33,412 bases of DNA. Origin: an uncultured bacterium (lineage in GTDB: Bacteria; Chlamydiota; Chlamydiia; Chlamydiales; JAAZZY01). Shown here one piece after another: positions 17,229 through 27,503 of the stretch (the first letter of the stretch is position 1; the number at the start of each line of letters is the position of its first letter). Below the pieces are notes generated by a model that ran no database searches, had not been told where the DNA came from, and saw only the letters and a program-made list of their open reading frames with translations. Where the stretch lies: the NCBI GenBank assembly GCA_964351075.1, contig CAYGMF010000004.1, positions 1 through 33,412 of the forward strand, written 5' to 3'. Position numbers and translations under genes: made by a program.

Positions 17229-18857
17229 ATGCGTGTCTTTATTCTTCAAACCCTGGTTACTTTTTTTCTTACAACTCCACTCGCCTCAGCCACTTTTCCA
17301 GATCTACCCTCTAGGCAAGACCAACTCAAGCAATTAGAAGAGCGAGTCTTTGATGTTCTTGTTGTTGGTGGAGGAGCCACAGGTGTTGGAGTCGCTTTGG
17401 AAGCCGCAACCAGAGGACTTAGTGTTCTTTTAGTTGAAAGACATGACTTTGCATCTCAAACTTCTAGTAAGAGCACTAAGCTCGCTCATGGAGGTGTCCG
17501 CTACCTAGAAAAAGCCGTTTTGAACTTAGATCGCAAGCAATACCAACTTGTTAAAGATGCTTTAAAAGAGAGAGGCACTCTTTTTAAAATGGCTCCTTAT
17601 ACAGTTAAACCTCTTCAAATAGTGACCCCAATCTACAAATTTTTTAAGCTTCCCTACATGTGGATAGGATTAAAAGTTTATGATTTTATTTCTTCAGATT
17701 CAAAAATAGCTCCAAGTCGCTACGTCTCTTCTAAAAAAATTCGTGAAATCTTTCCTTCTATCAAAACAAAGGGGCTTGTAGGAGGCGTTACTTACTATGA
17801 TGGGCAATTCAATGACACACGCTTAAATATGATGGCCCTTCTAACTGCAATGAGAGAAGGTGCCTATGCTCTAAACTATATGGCCCTAACTTCTTTTCAA
17901 AAAAAGGAAGGGAAAATTACAGGCGCTATCGTTCAGGATCAACTTAGAGACAAAAAATATTCAATTCAATGCAGAGCTGTGATAAACGCAACAGGTCCTT
18001 TTTCTGACCTAATTAGGCAAATGGATGATCCCGCCATAAAACCGCTTATTAGGCACTCTTCTGGGACTCATATCCTTTTGGATAGAGAACTAACTTCAAA
18101 AGGTTTGGGAATGTTGATTCCTAAAACGCGAGATGGCCGAGTTCTTTTTATGCTTCCCTGGGAAGGCTCCACTTTAGTCGGCACCACTGACACCCGTACA
18201 GGCTTAACTGATGACCCAAAACCTTCTGAGTCTGAAAAAGACTACTTACTCAGTTATTGTGAAGATTATTTTGATACGCCCCTTTCTCAAAAAGATATTA
18301 AAGCAAGTTGGACGGGGCTTAGACCTCTTGTTCGAAACCCCAGCGTTGAAAATACCTCAAAACTCTGTAGAGATCATCTAATTGAAGTCTCAGACTCTGG
18401 ACTGGTCTCTATTATGGGAGGAAAGTGGACCACCTTTAGGAAAATGTCGCAGGATACAATAGATCGAGCCGTTAGTGAGGGTCTTCTTAAAGCTGAAAAG
18501 TCTAATAGCGAGAACATCGTTTTATTAGGGGGCGAAGACTATACCGAAAATAGCTGCTCAGAGTTGCAGCAGCAAACGGGGTTAGATTTAGACATTTGCG
18601 AACACCTCATCAGTTCTTACGGTACCCTCGCATTTGAAGTTGTAGCAGCTGGTTCAACAGAGCGTATACAAAAAGAATATCCCTACATCCAAGCTGAAGT
18701 CACTTGGGCCATTGAAAAAGAGTATGCTCAAAATTTAGGAGATATTTTACACAGAAGAATACGTTTGGCTTTTTTAGACACTCAAAAAACTGTAGATTCA
18801 ATTGCTCAAGTTGAACAACTGATGCAAACCTCTTTTGAGGAAATAGGTCGATTTTGA
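17229..18857 (+). CDS. glpD: FAD-dependent glycerol-3-phosphate dehydrogenase (GlpD; mitochondrial-type sequence)
   Basis: DVLVVGGGATGVGVA (FAD GxGxxG), SSKSTKLAHGGVRYLEKAV, YYDGQFNDTRLN and GGKWTTFRKM. I prefer ATG 17229 (GGGGGA upstream, downstream of the terminator T-run) over the track's TTG 17217. The N-terminus is hydrophobic: MRVFILQTLVTFFLTTPLASA. Confidence 0.9.
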   Translation: MRVFILQTLVTFFLTTPLASATFPDLPSRQDQLKQLEERVFDVLVVGGGATGVGVALEAATRGLSVLLVERHDFASQTSSKSTKLAHGGVRYLEKAVLNLDRKQYQLVKDALKERGTLFKMAPYTVKPLQIVTPIYKFFKLPYMWIGLKVYDFISSDSKIAPSRYVSSKKIREIFPSIKTKGLVGGVTYYDGQFNDTRLNMMALLTAMREGAYALNYMALTSFQKKEGKITGAIVQDQLRDKKYSIQCRAVINATGPFSDLIRQMDDPAIKPLIRHSSGTHILLDRELTSKGLGMLIPKTRDGRVLFMLPWEGSTLVGTTDTRTGLTDDPKPSESEKDYLLSYCEDYFDTPLSQKDIKASWTGLRPLVRNPSVENTSKLCRDHLIEVSDSGLVSIMGGKWTTFRKMSQDTIDRAVSEGLLKAEKSNSENIVLLGGEDYTENSCSELQQQTGLDLDICEHLISSYGTLAFEVVAAGSTERIQKEYPYIQAEVTWAIEKEYAQNLGDILHRRIRLAFLDTQKTVDSIAQVEQLMQTSFEEIGRF

Positions 18858-18955
18858 AACGCATTTTTAATTTAACTTTCATGGTAAAAGTTGAAAATTA
18901 GTTGGAAAATCTCTATCTTACAGGAATTATAAAACTTAAACTGAACTTTACGCCA

Positions 18956-20341
18956 ATGAATATCCTTGATCGCTTTCAAGAAGCCTTTAAAACCCCTCTA
19001 GGAGATCTCCTTATCTTCCTAGTAGTAACAGCATTGACACTTTCCTTTTTTTACCTTTATTTTTGGGCAAAATTTACAAAAAGTAGACGGCTTCTGTTAA
19101 AATATCACTTACACTTCAAAAAAGTTGAAAAGCAACTTAAGGAAGTAGCATTCCTTGAAATGGGACAAGCTGATTTCTGGGGTAAAAGCCAAACTGTGAC
19201 TTTAGCTGATGGAAAATTTGGAAAAAGTTTAATTTTTTATCCAGAGCTTTCATCTGAAGATACGATTTACCGCTTTAGAAACTATCACATGGCTTTGCAG
19301 CAAGCTGACACGGAGTATTTTCCGAAGAACAGGTTCTTTATTCAAAATAACTTACTTGTAAATGTTGAGACTCAATACATCAAGCGAGATGGAAAAAGCT
19401 TAATTAACTTGTCGCACCTTTGCTTAGAACCAACCTTTACAACAGCTGAAAAAGAGCTTTTTTTAATGGATCTAGCGCACACTCTACAAGCCCTTCACCA
19501 AATTCAAACAGAAGAAGGAGAAGCCCTTTATCATGGATTTCTACTGCCACACTCCTTCTATCTAACGCTTGATTTAGTTAAAAAAATCACGCACACTTTT
19601 CTTGCCTATCACGGGTGTGCTTTTGCAATAGGTCCTGAGCTTTTTAATAGCTGGCTTCAAAAGGTCCTAAAAGGTCAACTGGTTATCGACTCCCAGCTAA
19701 AAAAAGAACTCGAGCGTTTTCTCTTCATTTTAGCGCCAGAACAAAAACAGTTAAGCTCATCTAGAGAGGTCTCTTTTCAAACAGACTTCTATTCTTTTGG
19801 AGCACTTGCTGCTTACTTCTTTACAGAAAGCAGTTTTCAGGATGTAAAGAAAGTTGACTTTGATCAAATCCCATCAGAGTGGAGAGTCTTTGTTCGAGAG
19901 TGTTTAAATGAAAATCCGCTTGATCGTCCTCAAAATTTCTTAGAGCTTAAAGAATATTTTGCCCAACCTGAAATGGAGCTTGGACAAAGCTACTCGTATT
20001 CTGGTGCATACAAAGAGCCCTCTAAAACTACAGAGGAGTCTGGCTCTTTAAAGCCTTTCTTTGAGCAAGTTCATAAGATTAAAGGAGAAGAATCGTACTT
20101 AAATGAAACCTGGCATAAAGGTTACCAAGCTATTCACACTGAGTCTTGGGACACGGCCTTCACAATTTTTCAGGAAATGATGAAGGAAGATCCGCAAGCT
20201 TTTAATGCACACTTGGGACTTGCTTTAACCTACTTCAAAAAAGGGGACCAGGAGCAAGCCAAATACCACTATCTTCAAGCCAAAAAAATAGACGGTAAAA
20301 AGATAAGCTCTTTTCACCGCCTTATTGCATTTGATGTCTAA
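18956..20341 (+). CDS. Membrane-anchored protein-kinase-like (probably catalytically dead) protein with a C-terminal TPR
   Basis: N-terminal TM helix LLIFLVVTALTLSFFYLYFW. Kinase-fold landmarks present are LAPEQ (APE), DFYSFGALAAYFFT (subdomain IX) and NPLDRPQNFLEL (subdomain XI). The catalytic loop reads YHGFLLPHS instead of HRDxKxxN and there is no DFG. A TPR-like AHLGLALTYFKKGDQEQAKYHYLQAKKID lies at the C-terminus. The ORF extends to TTG 18902. Confidence 0.6.
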   Translation: MNILDRFQEAFKTPLGDLLIFLVVTALTLSFFYLYFWAKFTKSRRLLLKYHLHFKKVEKQLKEVAFLEMGQADFWGKSQTVTLADGKFGKSLIFYPELSSEDTIYRFRNYHMALQQADTEYFPKNRFFIQNNLLVNVETQYIKRDGKSLINLSHLCLEPTFTTAEKELFLMDLAHTLQALHQIQTEEGEALYHGFLLPHSFYLTLDLVKKITHTFLAYHGCAFAIGPELFNSWLQKVLKGQLVIDSQLKKELERFLFILAPEQKQLSSSREVSFQTDFYSFGALAAYFFTESSFQDVKKVDFDQIPSEWRVFVRECLNENPLDRPQNFLELKEYFAQPEMELGQSYSYSGAYKEPSKTTEESGSLKPFFEQVHKIKGEESYLNETWHKGYQAIHTESWDTAFTIFQEMMKEDPQAFNAHLGLALTYFKKGDQEQAKYHYLQAKKIDGKKISSFHRLIAFDV

Positions 20342-20346
20342 GACAA

Positions 20347-21273
20347 CTATTTAGTTTCGCAAACTTGAGTAGGAGTTGCTTGATCTTGCATAGATGCACT
20401 ATCCATAGCAACACCCATGATATGAAGACCATTGTCTACGTAAAGAGTGGCGCCTGTAATAGCAGAGGAGTGCGAAGAGAGAAGGAAGCTTGCTGCTTGC
20501 CCGACTTCTTTAGCTTCTAACTCTTTAGTTAGGGGAGCATTTGCTTTAGAGTATTCAATCATTTTATCAATGAATCCAATTGCTCTAGCTGCCCGACTTC
20601 TTAAAGGTCCTGCTGAAATGGTATTCACCCGTATGTTCCACTCTCTTCCAGCTTCATAAGCAAGATTCTTAGTGTCACTCTCTAAAGCTGCTTTAGCAGA
20701 ACTCATTCCGCCACCATAACCAGGCACCGCCTTTTGAGACGCTAAATAAGTCATAGAGAGCACTGAACCACCTGCATTCATAATAGGCCCAAAATTACGT
20801 ACCATACTCACTAATGAATAAGAAGAGGCTGATAGAGCTGCTAAATAGCCTGCGCGAGACGTATTCATAAGAGTGTTTTTGATTTCAGGACTGTTAGCTA
20901 AAGAGTGTACAAAAATATCTATTTTTCCAAAGTCTTGCTCAACTTGTTTTGCAATCTCTGAAATGGTAAAAGGACCTAATCCTTTATATCTCTTATTTTC
21001 ACTAATCTCTTCAGGAACTTCTTCAGGAGTATCAAATGCTGCATCCAAAGGATAAACCTTTGCAAACTTCATCAGTTCCCCTGATGAGAGCTTGGAAGAC
21101 TCATCAAATTTTCCATTCTTAAGACTCATTTCGAAGATCTTATAGATAGGTGGCCAAGTACCTAAAATAATTTCACAGCCTGCTTCCGCTAGCTCTTTTG
21201 CTATTGCCCAACCATATCCCTGATCGTCTCCAATACCCGCTATAAATGCTCTTTTACCTTTTAAATGTGACAT
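20347..21273 (-). CDS. fabI: Enoyl-[acyl-carrier-protein] reductase (NADH), plant/chlamydial type
   Basis: [47 protein letters not shown] and [13 protein letters not shown] are near-identical in pattern to plant plastid ENR. AGGAG lies 5 nt upstream. Confidence 0.95.
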   Translation of the reverse strand: MSHLKGKRAFIAGIGDDQGYGWAIAKELAEAGCEIILGTWPPIYKIFEMSLKNGKFDESSKLSSGELMKFAKVYPLDAAFDTPEEVPEEISENKRYKGLGPFTISEIAKQVEQDFGKIDIFVHSLANSPEIKNTLMNTSRAGYLAALSASSYSLVSMVRNFGPIMNAGGSVLSMTYLASQKAVPGYGGGMSSAKAALESDTKNLAYEAGREWNIRVNTISAGPLRSRAARAIGFIDKMIEYSKANAPLTKELEAKEVGQAASFLLSSHSSAITGATLYVDNGLHIMGVAMDSASMQDQATPTQVCETK

Positions 21274-21352
21274 TGTTCTCCTGGATTTATAAATAAAAAT
21301 TCATGTTTATAGAATAACACGAAAGGCTAAAAAAATCAATGAGCTTAAAAGG

Positions 21353-22465
21353 CTAACTTTTATTACTAAATATTTTTTTAAAAAGAGCTTTTGGATTGAA
21401 AGTCCCAAGGGGGGAGCGATAGCTCTCTACCTGTTGAATCTTTTCTTCAAATTTCTTGATTTTTGAAGCATAAAGGGGGAGCTTTCTCAAGCTATAGATT
21501 TGCTTGTAATAATTTTCTTGAGAGACCGCAGGGGCCCCACCGTAGGTGCCAGGTTTGGTAATGCTTTTAGTTACACCTGATTTTGCGGCAAGGGTCACAT
21601 GATCTGCTATATTAATATGACCTACAATGCCAACTTGGCCAGCTACCACATTGTATTTTCCAAGCTTAGTAGACCCTGCGATTCCAACTTGAGATACAAT
21701 AATACTATTTTGTCCAATATGGACGCCGTGTCCAATTTGGACTAAATTGTCTATCTTAACCCCAGAATGTATATGAGTGACTTGGAAGCGAGCTCTATCT
21801 ATCGTAGTGTTTGCTCCAATTTCGACATTGTCTTCTAGTATTACACGACCTACATGCTTCAACTTTTGATGTTCTCCTTTGGCACTCGTTGAGTAGCCAA
21901 ACCCACAGGAGCCAATAATAGCGCCAGGTTGGAGGATAACAGCGTTTTTTAATTCACAATTCGCTCCAACTGAAACTTGTGGATGCAAAAGGCAATGAGA
22001 TCCTATTTGAACATGTGGGCCAATATGAACATGGGAAAGTATTTGAGTATGGGGTCCAATTATAACATTTTGATCGATGACAGTATAGGGGCCAATACTC
22101 ACACCATCTGCAATGTCAGCTGTAGGATGAATAATCGCTGAGGGATGTATCCCTGTAAATCCAGATTCTAAAAGAGAAGGGTCGTTGAAAAGTTCGATGA
22201 GGATTTGGAAAGATTTGGATGGATCTGGAGAAAGTAAATAGTTTTGAGAGGTTTCAAAATCGGGGAGTTCTTTTATAAAAACAACTCCCGCTTTTGACTG
22301 CTTGAGCTGCTTCAGGTAGAGGGGGTTTGCTAAAAAGCTAGCCTCTTTTTCTGAAGCAGACTCTAAATTTTCAACTCCTTGGATCCTATAATTAGGATCC
22401 CCTACAAGCTTAGAAGAAGTGAGCTTTGAGAGTTCTTCTAACGTGTAAGAAGTTGAGAGGTCCAT
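21353..22465 (-). CDS. lpxD: UDP-3-O-acylglucosamine N-acyltransferase
   Basis: N-terminal LpxD domain followed by a long left-handed beta-helix of hexapeptide repeats (GIHPSAIIHPTADI..., IGPHVQIGSHC...). Its start overlaps the skp stop (TAATG). Confidence 0.93.
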   Translation of the reverse strand: MDLSTSYTLEELSKLTSSKLVGDPNYRIQGVENLESASEKEASFLANPLYLKQLKQSKAGVVFIKELPDFETSQNYLLSPDPSKSFQILIELFNDPSLLESGFTGIHPSAIIHPTADIADGVSIGPYTVIDQNVIIGPHTQILSHVHIGPHVQIGSHCLLHPQVSVGANCELKNAVILQPGAIIGSCGFGYSTSAKGEHQKLKHVGRVILEDNVEIGANTTIDRARFQVTHIHSGVKIDNLVQIGHGVHIGQNSIIVSQVGIAGSTKLGKYNVVAGQVGIVGHINIADHVTLAAKSGVTKSITKPGTYGGAPAVSQENYYKQIYSLRKLPLYASKIKKFEEKIQQVESYRSPLGTFNPKALFKKIFSNKS

Positions 22466-23049
22466 TACTCAATAGCTCCCTTTGATTGATTAGCATCTGC
22501 TGTAGCAACTTCTGGTTGAAAATGACGATTCAACTCTTGAACAACAAGCTGAGTCATTTCAAGAGGTCTCTTGAAGTAGAAGCAACTTTCTTGATTCATC
22601 ACAACATCCAAATTGTTTTCTCTAGCAAGGTATTCTGCAGACTTGGAAATTTCTTCTGAAACCGTTTGAAACATCTTCATTTGAGCTTGGTTTAAAGCTT
22701 GGTAAGCTTGGTTTTGTAACCCTTGAATTTCTTCAGAAAGCTGTGCATATTGTGTCTGCAATTCTTGCTCTGCTTGTGGAGAAATGGTATCTAAGTACTC
22801 AGGCTTTTTAAGCTTTTCCATTACTTCAGTTAGTGCACGTTCCTTGCCCTCTAATGAAGCAAGCATTTCATTACGCATAGCTTCAAGCTTTAACTGTTCC
22901 CCTTGTCCAAGATAGGACTTCTCAAGGCAGGTTCTAAAGTCTACAACTCCAATCTTAAGCCCTTCTTCCGAGGTATTTGCAAATGCTAGTGTACATGCGC
23001 CAACAAATGTTAGTAACAAACTAGCTTTAATGATTTTTTTAAAATCCAT
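22465..23049 (-). CDS. skp: Periplasmic chaperone Skp/OmpH
   Basis: Signal peptide, then a coiled-coil-rich 170 aa. The position between bamA and lpxD is classic. AAGGAG lies 6 nt upstream. Confidence 0.85.
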   Translation of the reverse strand: MDFKKIIKASLLLTFVGACTLAFANTSEEGLKIGVVDFRTCLEKSYLGQGEQLKLEAMRNEMLASLEGKERALTEVMEKLKKPEYLDTISPQAEQELQTQYAQLSEEIQGLQNQAYQALNQAQMKMFQTVSEEISKSAEYLARENNLDVVMNQESCFYFKRPLEMTQLVVQELNRHFQPEVATADANQSKGAIE

Positions 23050-23090
23050 TATGTTCTCCTTATAATCTTCTTGTTTACAGTTTTATATTG

Positions 23091-25433
23091 TTAAAAATTT
23101 CCATTCATTGAAATGAAGAATCCCTGTCTATCATTTTCATGCTCAGGGTTTATCGCATATCCCCAACCTAACATCAAGGGAAGAGTTGAAAGTGCTGAAA
23201 TTCTAGCGCCAACTCCTGTTGAAGCTCTAAGAGTATCTACTTCAAAGCGGCCAATACTCAAAGAACCTGCATCCACAAATGTGAAGATATCCACACCAGG
23301 TAACACACTAAGAGAAAGCTCTTGTGATAATACAACAGATGAAATTCCTCCCTTAGGCTCTGCAAAGGCAAATTGTGGGCCTACAGAAAAAGGTCTGTAA
23401 CCTCTCATGACAGTTGTATCATTACCTAAGAAGAAACGTTCTCCTAAAGGAATTGTCTCAGGAGTTGTGGGAGCAATTGGTAAAATAAAGTTGAAGTCAG
23501 CTCTTGTTTTGGCAACCAGGCGCTTTGCTAAAGGTATATAGTAAGAATTGGTGTACGCAAGAGTCCCAAAGAAGAATTTTCCTCCAACACCTGCATATTC
23601 TGCCTTTAAATCAGACTCAAGGCCGCGAGTAGCTCTATGAGGATTGTCTTTAGAGCTATATAAAAAAGAAACCCCTACTGCTGAAACAACGCCATTATTA
23701 TTAGCTTGGTCATAAAGACCTTCAGGAACACCTCCATTAACATGTAGCCTCAAATTTCTAAAGCGGTAGTAAGCGTTGAAGCTTAAGTACCCATTGATGA
23801 GGTAAAAGGCGTGAGCAGTTGTTGTGAATGTATTTATGGAATAGTTACTAGATTGAATTCGGCTAAGGTTTTTATTTACATTGACGCCAATGGCCCAATT
23901 TGAATCAAAGAAGTAGGGCTTTGTCCAAGCAACAGAGTAATCGTCTAGCTTAGCTCCAAGACCTGTTTTAATTTTAAAATATTCACCAGCTCCACGCAGA
24001 GCGCCAATACCCTTTAGAGGCATGTCAGCGATACCCGCTAAATTGAAGTTTCTCTCAGTGATTTCTAAACCACCAAATACATTGTCTGCAGTACTAAATC
24101 CAAAAAATAGACCCATGTTTCCTGTTGAAGCTTCTTGAACTTCAATATTAACATCGCGCATTGGAGCTCGAATACCTTCCGTTGAAGAAGAAGGGGAGGC
24201 GTAAACATTAACGTGTTTGTAGTACTGAACGTTCTGCAAACGTTTTTGAGTATGCTCAAGCTTATTGGTATTAAAAGTATTACCAGGCTCTAGTAAAGTT
24301 TCACGCAAAATCACTTTAGACTGTGTTCTATTGTTTCCTAAAACTTTGATTAAACCTACTCGGAAAGGAGCACCCTCATCAATTTTGAAGGCTACAGAAT
24401 ACATTTCATCGCTTTCGATAAGGTGAGGTTCATATGCAACAGTTGCATCTATGTAACCCTTGCGGCCATAAAATGAATTAATTGCTTCAACAGTATCTTG
24501 GACTTTTTGAGGGGAGTAAGGCTCACCCTTCTTTACTTGGACAAGTTCTTGAATATCCTCATTGTTAAAATCCTCGTTCCCTGTAAAAGTGATATCTCCA
24601 AAGGAATACTCTTGGCCTCTGTCAGCTTCTATAGCAATTCGAATCCGATTCTTTTTCTCAGACTCCAAAACTTTAATTTCCACCTTTGCATTGGCATATC
24701 CTTGATTTCTCAGGAATTGAAGAATGGTCATTTTGTCGTAGTCCATGATTTCTGCATGGAAAATACCCGCCTTTGAATACCAACTTAAAAAAGGGGAGTA
24801 CTTTTTGATGTTGATCTTTTCTTTGAGTTTCTTGATTTCGTCTTGGGAGAAACCTGTAAAGGTAACTGCTTGTATCAGGCCTGACATTCCCTCTTTGATT
24901 GAAATTTCAATAGCTACTTCATTCTTAGCTGGATCTTTAATGAGATCATAATCGAGTTGAGCTTCAAAGTATCCTTTTTTAATGTAGAATTCTCTTAGTT
25001 TATGGAAGCCCTTGTTAAAGCTTTGACGATTAAAAAGAGTGAAAGCATGAGTGCTTAATTCTTTTTCTAAGCGGTTTTTGTTGAAGTGAAAATCCCCTTT
25101 CCAAATAATTTGGCTGATTAAAGGACGAAGCCAAACTTTAAGGTTAATGTGGACTTCATCATCCTCTACAGTAATAGAAGGGTCTATTTTGTCGTAATCC
25201 TTCGAAAGAGTTTTGAGGTCTTGGTCAAACATTGTTTGTGAGAACGGTTCGCCAATCTTTGTCTTTAATTTGCTCTCAACAGTTTTGGTCTGAAACTCAG
25301 AACCTTTTGGAAGGTCTTTTGCTTCTATTGTAATGTTAACAATCGGTTTGTTTTCATATTGCATGTCATCTGCTTTCAAAGCGATTGGGAAGAAGAGGCT
25401 AAGTGCTAGGAAGAAGGAAAAAAATTTATTCAT
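23091..25433 (-). CDS. bamA: Outer membrane protein assembly factor BamA (Omp85)
   Basis: 780 aa with a signal peptide, repeated POTRA-like segments and a C-terminal beta-barrel with alternating hydrophobics ending in ...GFFISMNGNF (terminal Phe). Confidence 0.93.
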   Translation of the reverse strand: MNKFFSFFLALSLFFPIALKADDMQYENKPIVNITIEAKDLPKGSEFQTKTVESKLKTKIGEPFSQTMFDQDLKTLSKDYDKIDPSITVEDDEVHINLKVWLRPLISQIIWKGDFHFNKNRLEKELSTHAFTLFNRQSFNKGFHKLREFYIKKGYFEAQLDYDLIKDPAKNEVAIEISIKEGMSGLIQAVTFTGFSQDEIKKLKEKINIKKYSPFLSWYSKAGIFHAEIMDYDKMTILQFLRNQGYANAKVEIKVLESEKKNRIRIAIEADRGQEYSFGDITFTGNEDFNNEDIQELVQVKKGEPYSPQKVQDTVEAINSFYGRKGYIDATVAYEPHLIESDEMYSVAFKIDEGAPFRVGLIKVLGNNRTQSKVILRETLLEPGNTFNTNKLEHTQKRLQNVQYYKHVNVYASPSSSTEGIRAPMRDVNIEVQEASTGNMGLFFGFSTADNVFGGLEITERNFNLAGIADMPLKGIGALRGAGEYFKIKTGLGAKLDDYSVAWTKPYFFDSNWAIGVNVNKNLSRIQSSNYSINTFTTTAHAFYLINGYLSFNAYYRFRNLRLHVNGGVPEGLYDQANNNGVVSAVGVSFLYSSKDNPHRATRGLESDLKAEYAGVGGKFFFGTLAYTNSYYIPLAKRLVAKTRADFNFILPIAPTTPETIPLGERFFLGNDTTVMRGYRPFSVGPQFAFAEPKGGISSVVLSQELSLSVLPGVDIFTFVDAGSLSIGRFEVDTLRASTGVGARISALSTLPLMLGWGYAINPEHENDRQGFFISMNGNF

Positions 25434-25499
25434 AAGAGTAACAAAGAGGGTAATATTAATAGGAGGACAATGCTAAAAAAAAAAGGTTATAATTACAAG

Positions 25500-26096
25500 T
25501 TAAAAGCCTCTTCTTCCAGAAAGGGCGCGTGAAAGAGTACTGCCATCGATATAATCAAGTGAACTTCCTACCGGAATTCCAAAGGCAAGTCTTGAAATTT
25601 TAACGTTTTTAAAATCGAGTTCTTTTTTTAGGAACAAAGTAGTGGCGTCGCCTTCGATCGTAGAGTCTATTGCGATTATAATCTCTTCAAGGGGCAACTC
25701 TTCAATTTTATGTTTAAGGGATGTAATATTAAGTGTATTTTCATCTCGATGATGCATCGGCGAGAGCAGTCCACCTAGCACATGATAGATCCCTTTATAA
25801 GAGTGTGTTTCTTCTAAAGCAAAAATGTCTTTCGCATAGGCGACAACGCAGAGTTGTGACTTTGAGCGCGCCAGATCATTGCAATAAAAGCAGTGTTCCT
25901 TCTCAGCAAGAGCTCCACAAGTCTTGCAGTAATGTATGTGAGTTTTTATTTGAAAAAGAGATTGGCTAAAGGCTTCTATCTGAGCAGAGGGCCATTCAAT
26001 GACTTTAAAAGCAAAACGTTCGGCGCTTTTTTGCCCCACACCCGGAAGCTTTTTAAAATTTTCAATAAGACGGGCTAAATGAGGAGGGTACTGCAT
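25500..26096 (-). CDS. recR: Recombination protein RecR
   Basis: HhH LPGVGQKSAERFAF, C4 zinc finger CKTCG...CFYC and a Toprim segment with DSTIEGDATTLF. Confidence 0.95.
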   Translation of the reverse strand: MQYPPHLARLIENFKKLPGVGQKSAERFAFKVIEWPSAQIEAFSQSLFQIKTHIHYCKTCGALAEKEHCFYCNDLARSKSQLCVVAYAKDIFALEETHSYKGIYHVLGGLLSPMHHRDENTLNITSLKHKIEELPLEEIIIAIDSTIEGDATTLFLKKELDFKNVKISRLAFGIPVGSSLDYIDGSTLSRALSGRRGF

Positions 26097-26213
26097 CAGT
26101 CACTCTATCAATTTTTAATTATAAAACTAACTCTCAATTTATAAAAAATACTATTCAAACAATTCATTTTTGTATAGAATCTTTTGTTGTTTTTATCATT
26201 GAATAAGGGTTAG

Positions 26214-27503
26214 ATGCCAAGTCTTATTGTAGTAGGAGCCCAATGGGGTGACGAAGGAAAAGGAAAAGTAGTTGATGCACTTGCTACTCAAGCAGACTTT
26301 GTTGTGAGGGCTCAAGGTGGCCATAATGCAGGACATACGGTTATTATTGAGAATACTGAGTATAAGTTGCACCTTGTTCCTTCAGGAATTCTCTCTCCTC
26401 AGACCCAATGCTTTATTGGTTCAGGTGTCGTTTTAGATCTCAAAGTACTTTGTCAAGAAATTAAGATGCTTGAGGAAAAAGGCATTCAGGTTTCCAAGCG
26501 CCTTTTTTTATCCGAAAGCGCCCATCTTATTTTACCCTATCATCAACTCATGGATCGCGTATCTGAAAAACAAAAAAAGAAAGAGGCGATAGGGACCACT
26601 CTTTCAGGCATTGGACCCTGTTATGCCGATAAAATCAATAGAATAGGGATACGTTTAGGAGATCTTCGCCATCCTCAAACTTTTTCCGAAAAACTTAAAA
26701 AAAATTTGAACTATTATAATACCTTATTTAAAACAATCTATGACCAAAAACCTCTGGATTATGATTCTATTTATAAGTCCTATTTAGGGTTTAGCAATCA
26801 ACTGAAACCTTATATATGCTCGTGGGAAGACTGGCCGCTGCACCAAGAGCTCAAAGACGGCAAAAAAATCCTCCTTGAAGGAGCTCAAGGCACCTTTCTA
26901 GATATTGACTGGGGAACTTATCCTTTTGTCACTTCATCAAATACAGTCGCAACAGGCATTTGCACTGGCGCAGGTTTTGGCCCAAAAGCTATTGACCATG
27001 TTTTAGGTGTCGTTAAAGCATATACTACTCGAGTAGGATCTGGGCCATTGCCTACAGCGTTTGAACACATTGAAGGATTCCCCGTCCAAACGGAGGCGCG
27101 TGAGCTGGGTACAACAACAGGGCGAACGAGAAGAATGGGTTGGTTAGATTTACCCCTGATTAAACAAGCTGTTGAACTCAATAGCATGGACCAGCTTGTG
27201 CTCACAAAACTAGATATTTTAGACAAAGTTAAAACTTTGAAATATGCTGTAGGGTATCGTTTTGAAGGTAAAGTCTTTCATAAATTTCCACAAGACTCAT
27301 CTCTTATGAACCAGGTAGAACCTATTTATGAAGAAATGCCAGGATGGTGCTCTTCCACATCGGAAATTCGATGCTTTGAACAACTTCCCAAAGAGGCAAA
27401 GGCTTACATTCAAAAAATTGAATCTTTCTGTGGATGTCCTGTTACTTTAGTTTCAGTAGGGCCTAAGCGATCTCAAATCTTAAAGCGAGGATTTAAGTTT
27501 TGA
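26214..27503 (+). CDS. purA: Adenylosuccinate synthetase
   Basis: GAQWGDEGKGK, GGHNAGHT, GTT.SGIGPCYADK, TTGRTRRMGWLD and LTKLDIL. Confidence 0.97.
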   Translation: MPSLIVVGAQWGDEGKGKVVDALATQADFVVRAQGGHNAGHTVIIENTEYKLHLVPSGILSPQTQCFIGSGVVLDLKVLCQEIKMLEEKGIQVSKRLFLSESAHLILPYHQLMDRVSEKQKKKEAIGTTLSGIGPCYADKINRIGIRLGDLRHPQTFSEKLKKNLNYYNTLFKTIYDQKPLDYDSIYKSYLGFSNQLKPYICSWEDWPLHQELKDGKKILLEGAQGTFLDIDWGTYPFVTSSNTVATGICTGAGFGPKAIDHVLGVVKAYTTRVGSGPLPTAFEHIEGFPVQTEARELGTTTGRTRRMGWLDLPLIKQAVELNSMDQLVLTKLDILDKVKTLKYAVGYRFEGKVFHKFPQDSSLMNQVEPIYEEMPGWCSSTSEIRCFEQLPKEAKAYIQKIESFCGCPVTLVSVGPKRSQILKRGFKF

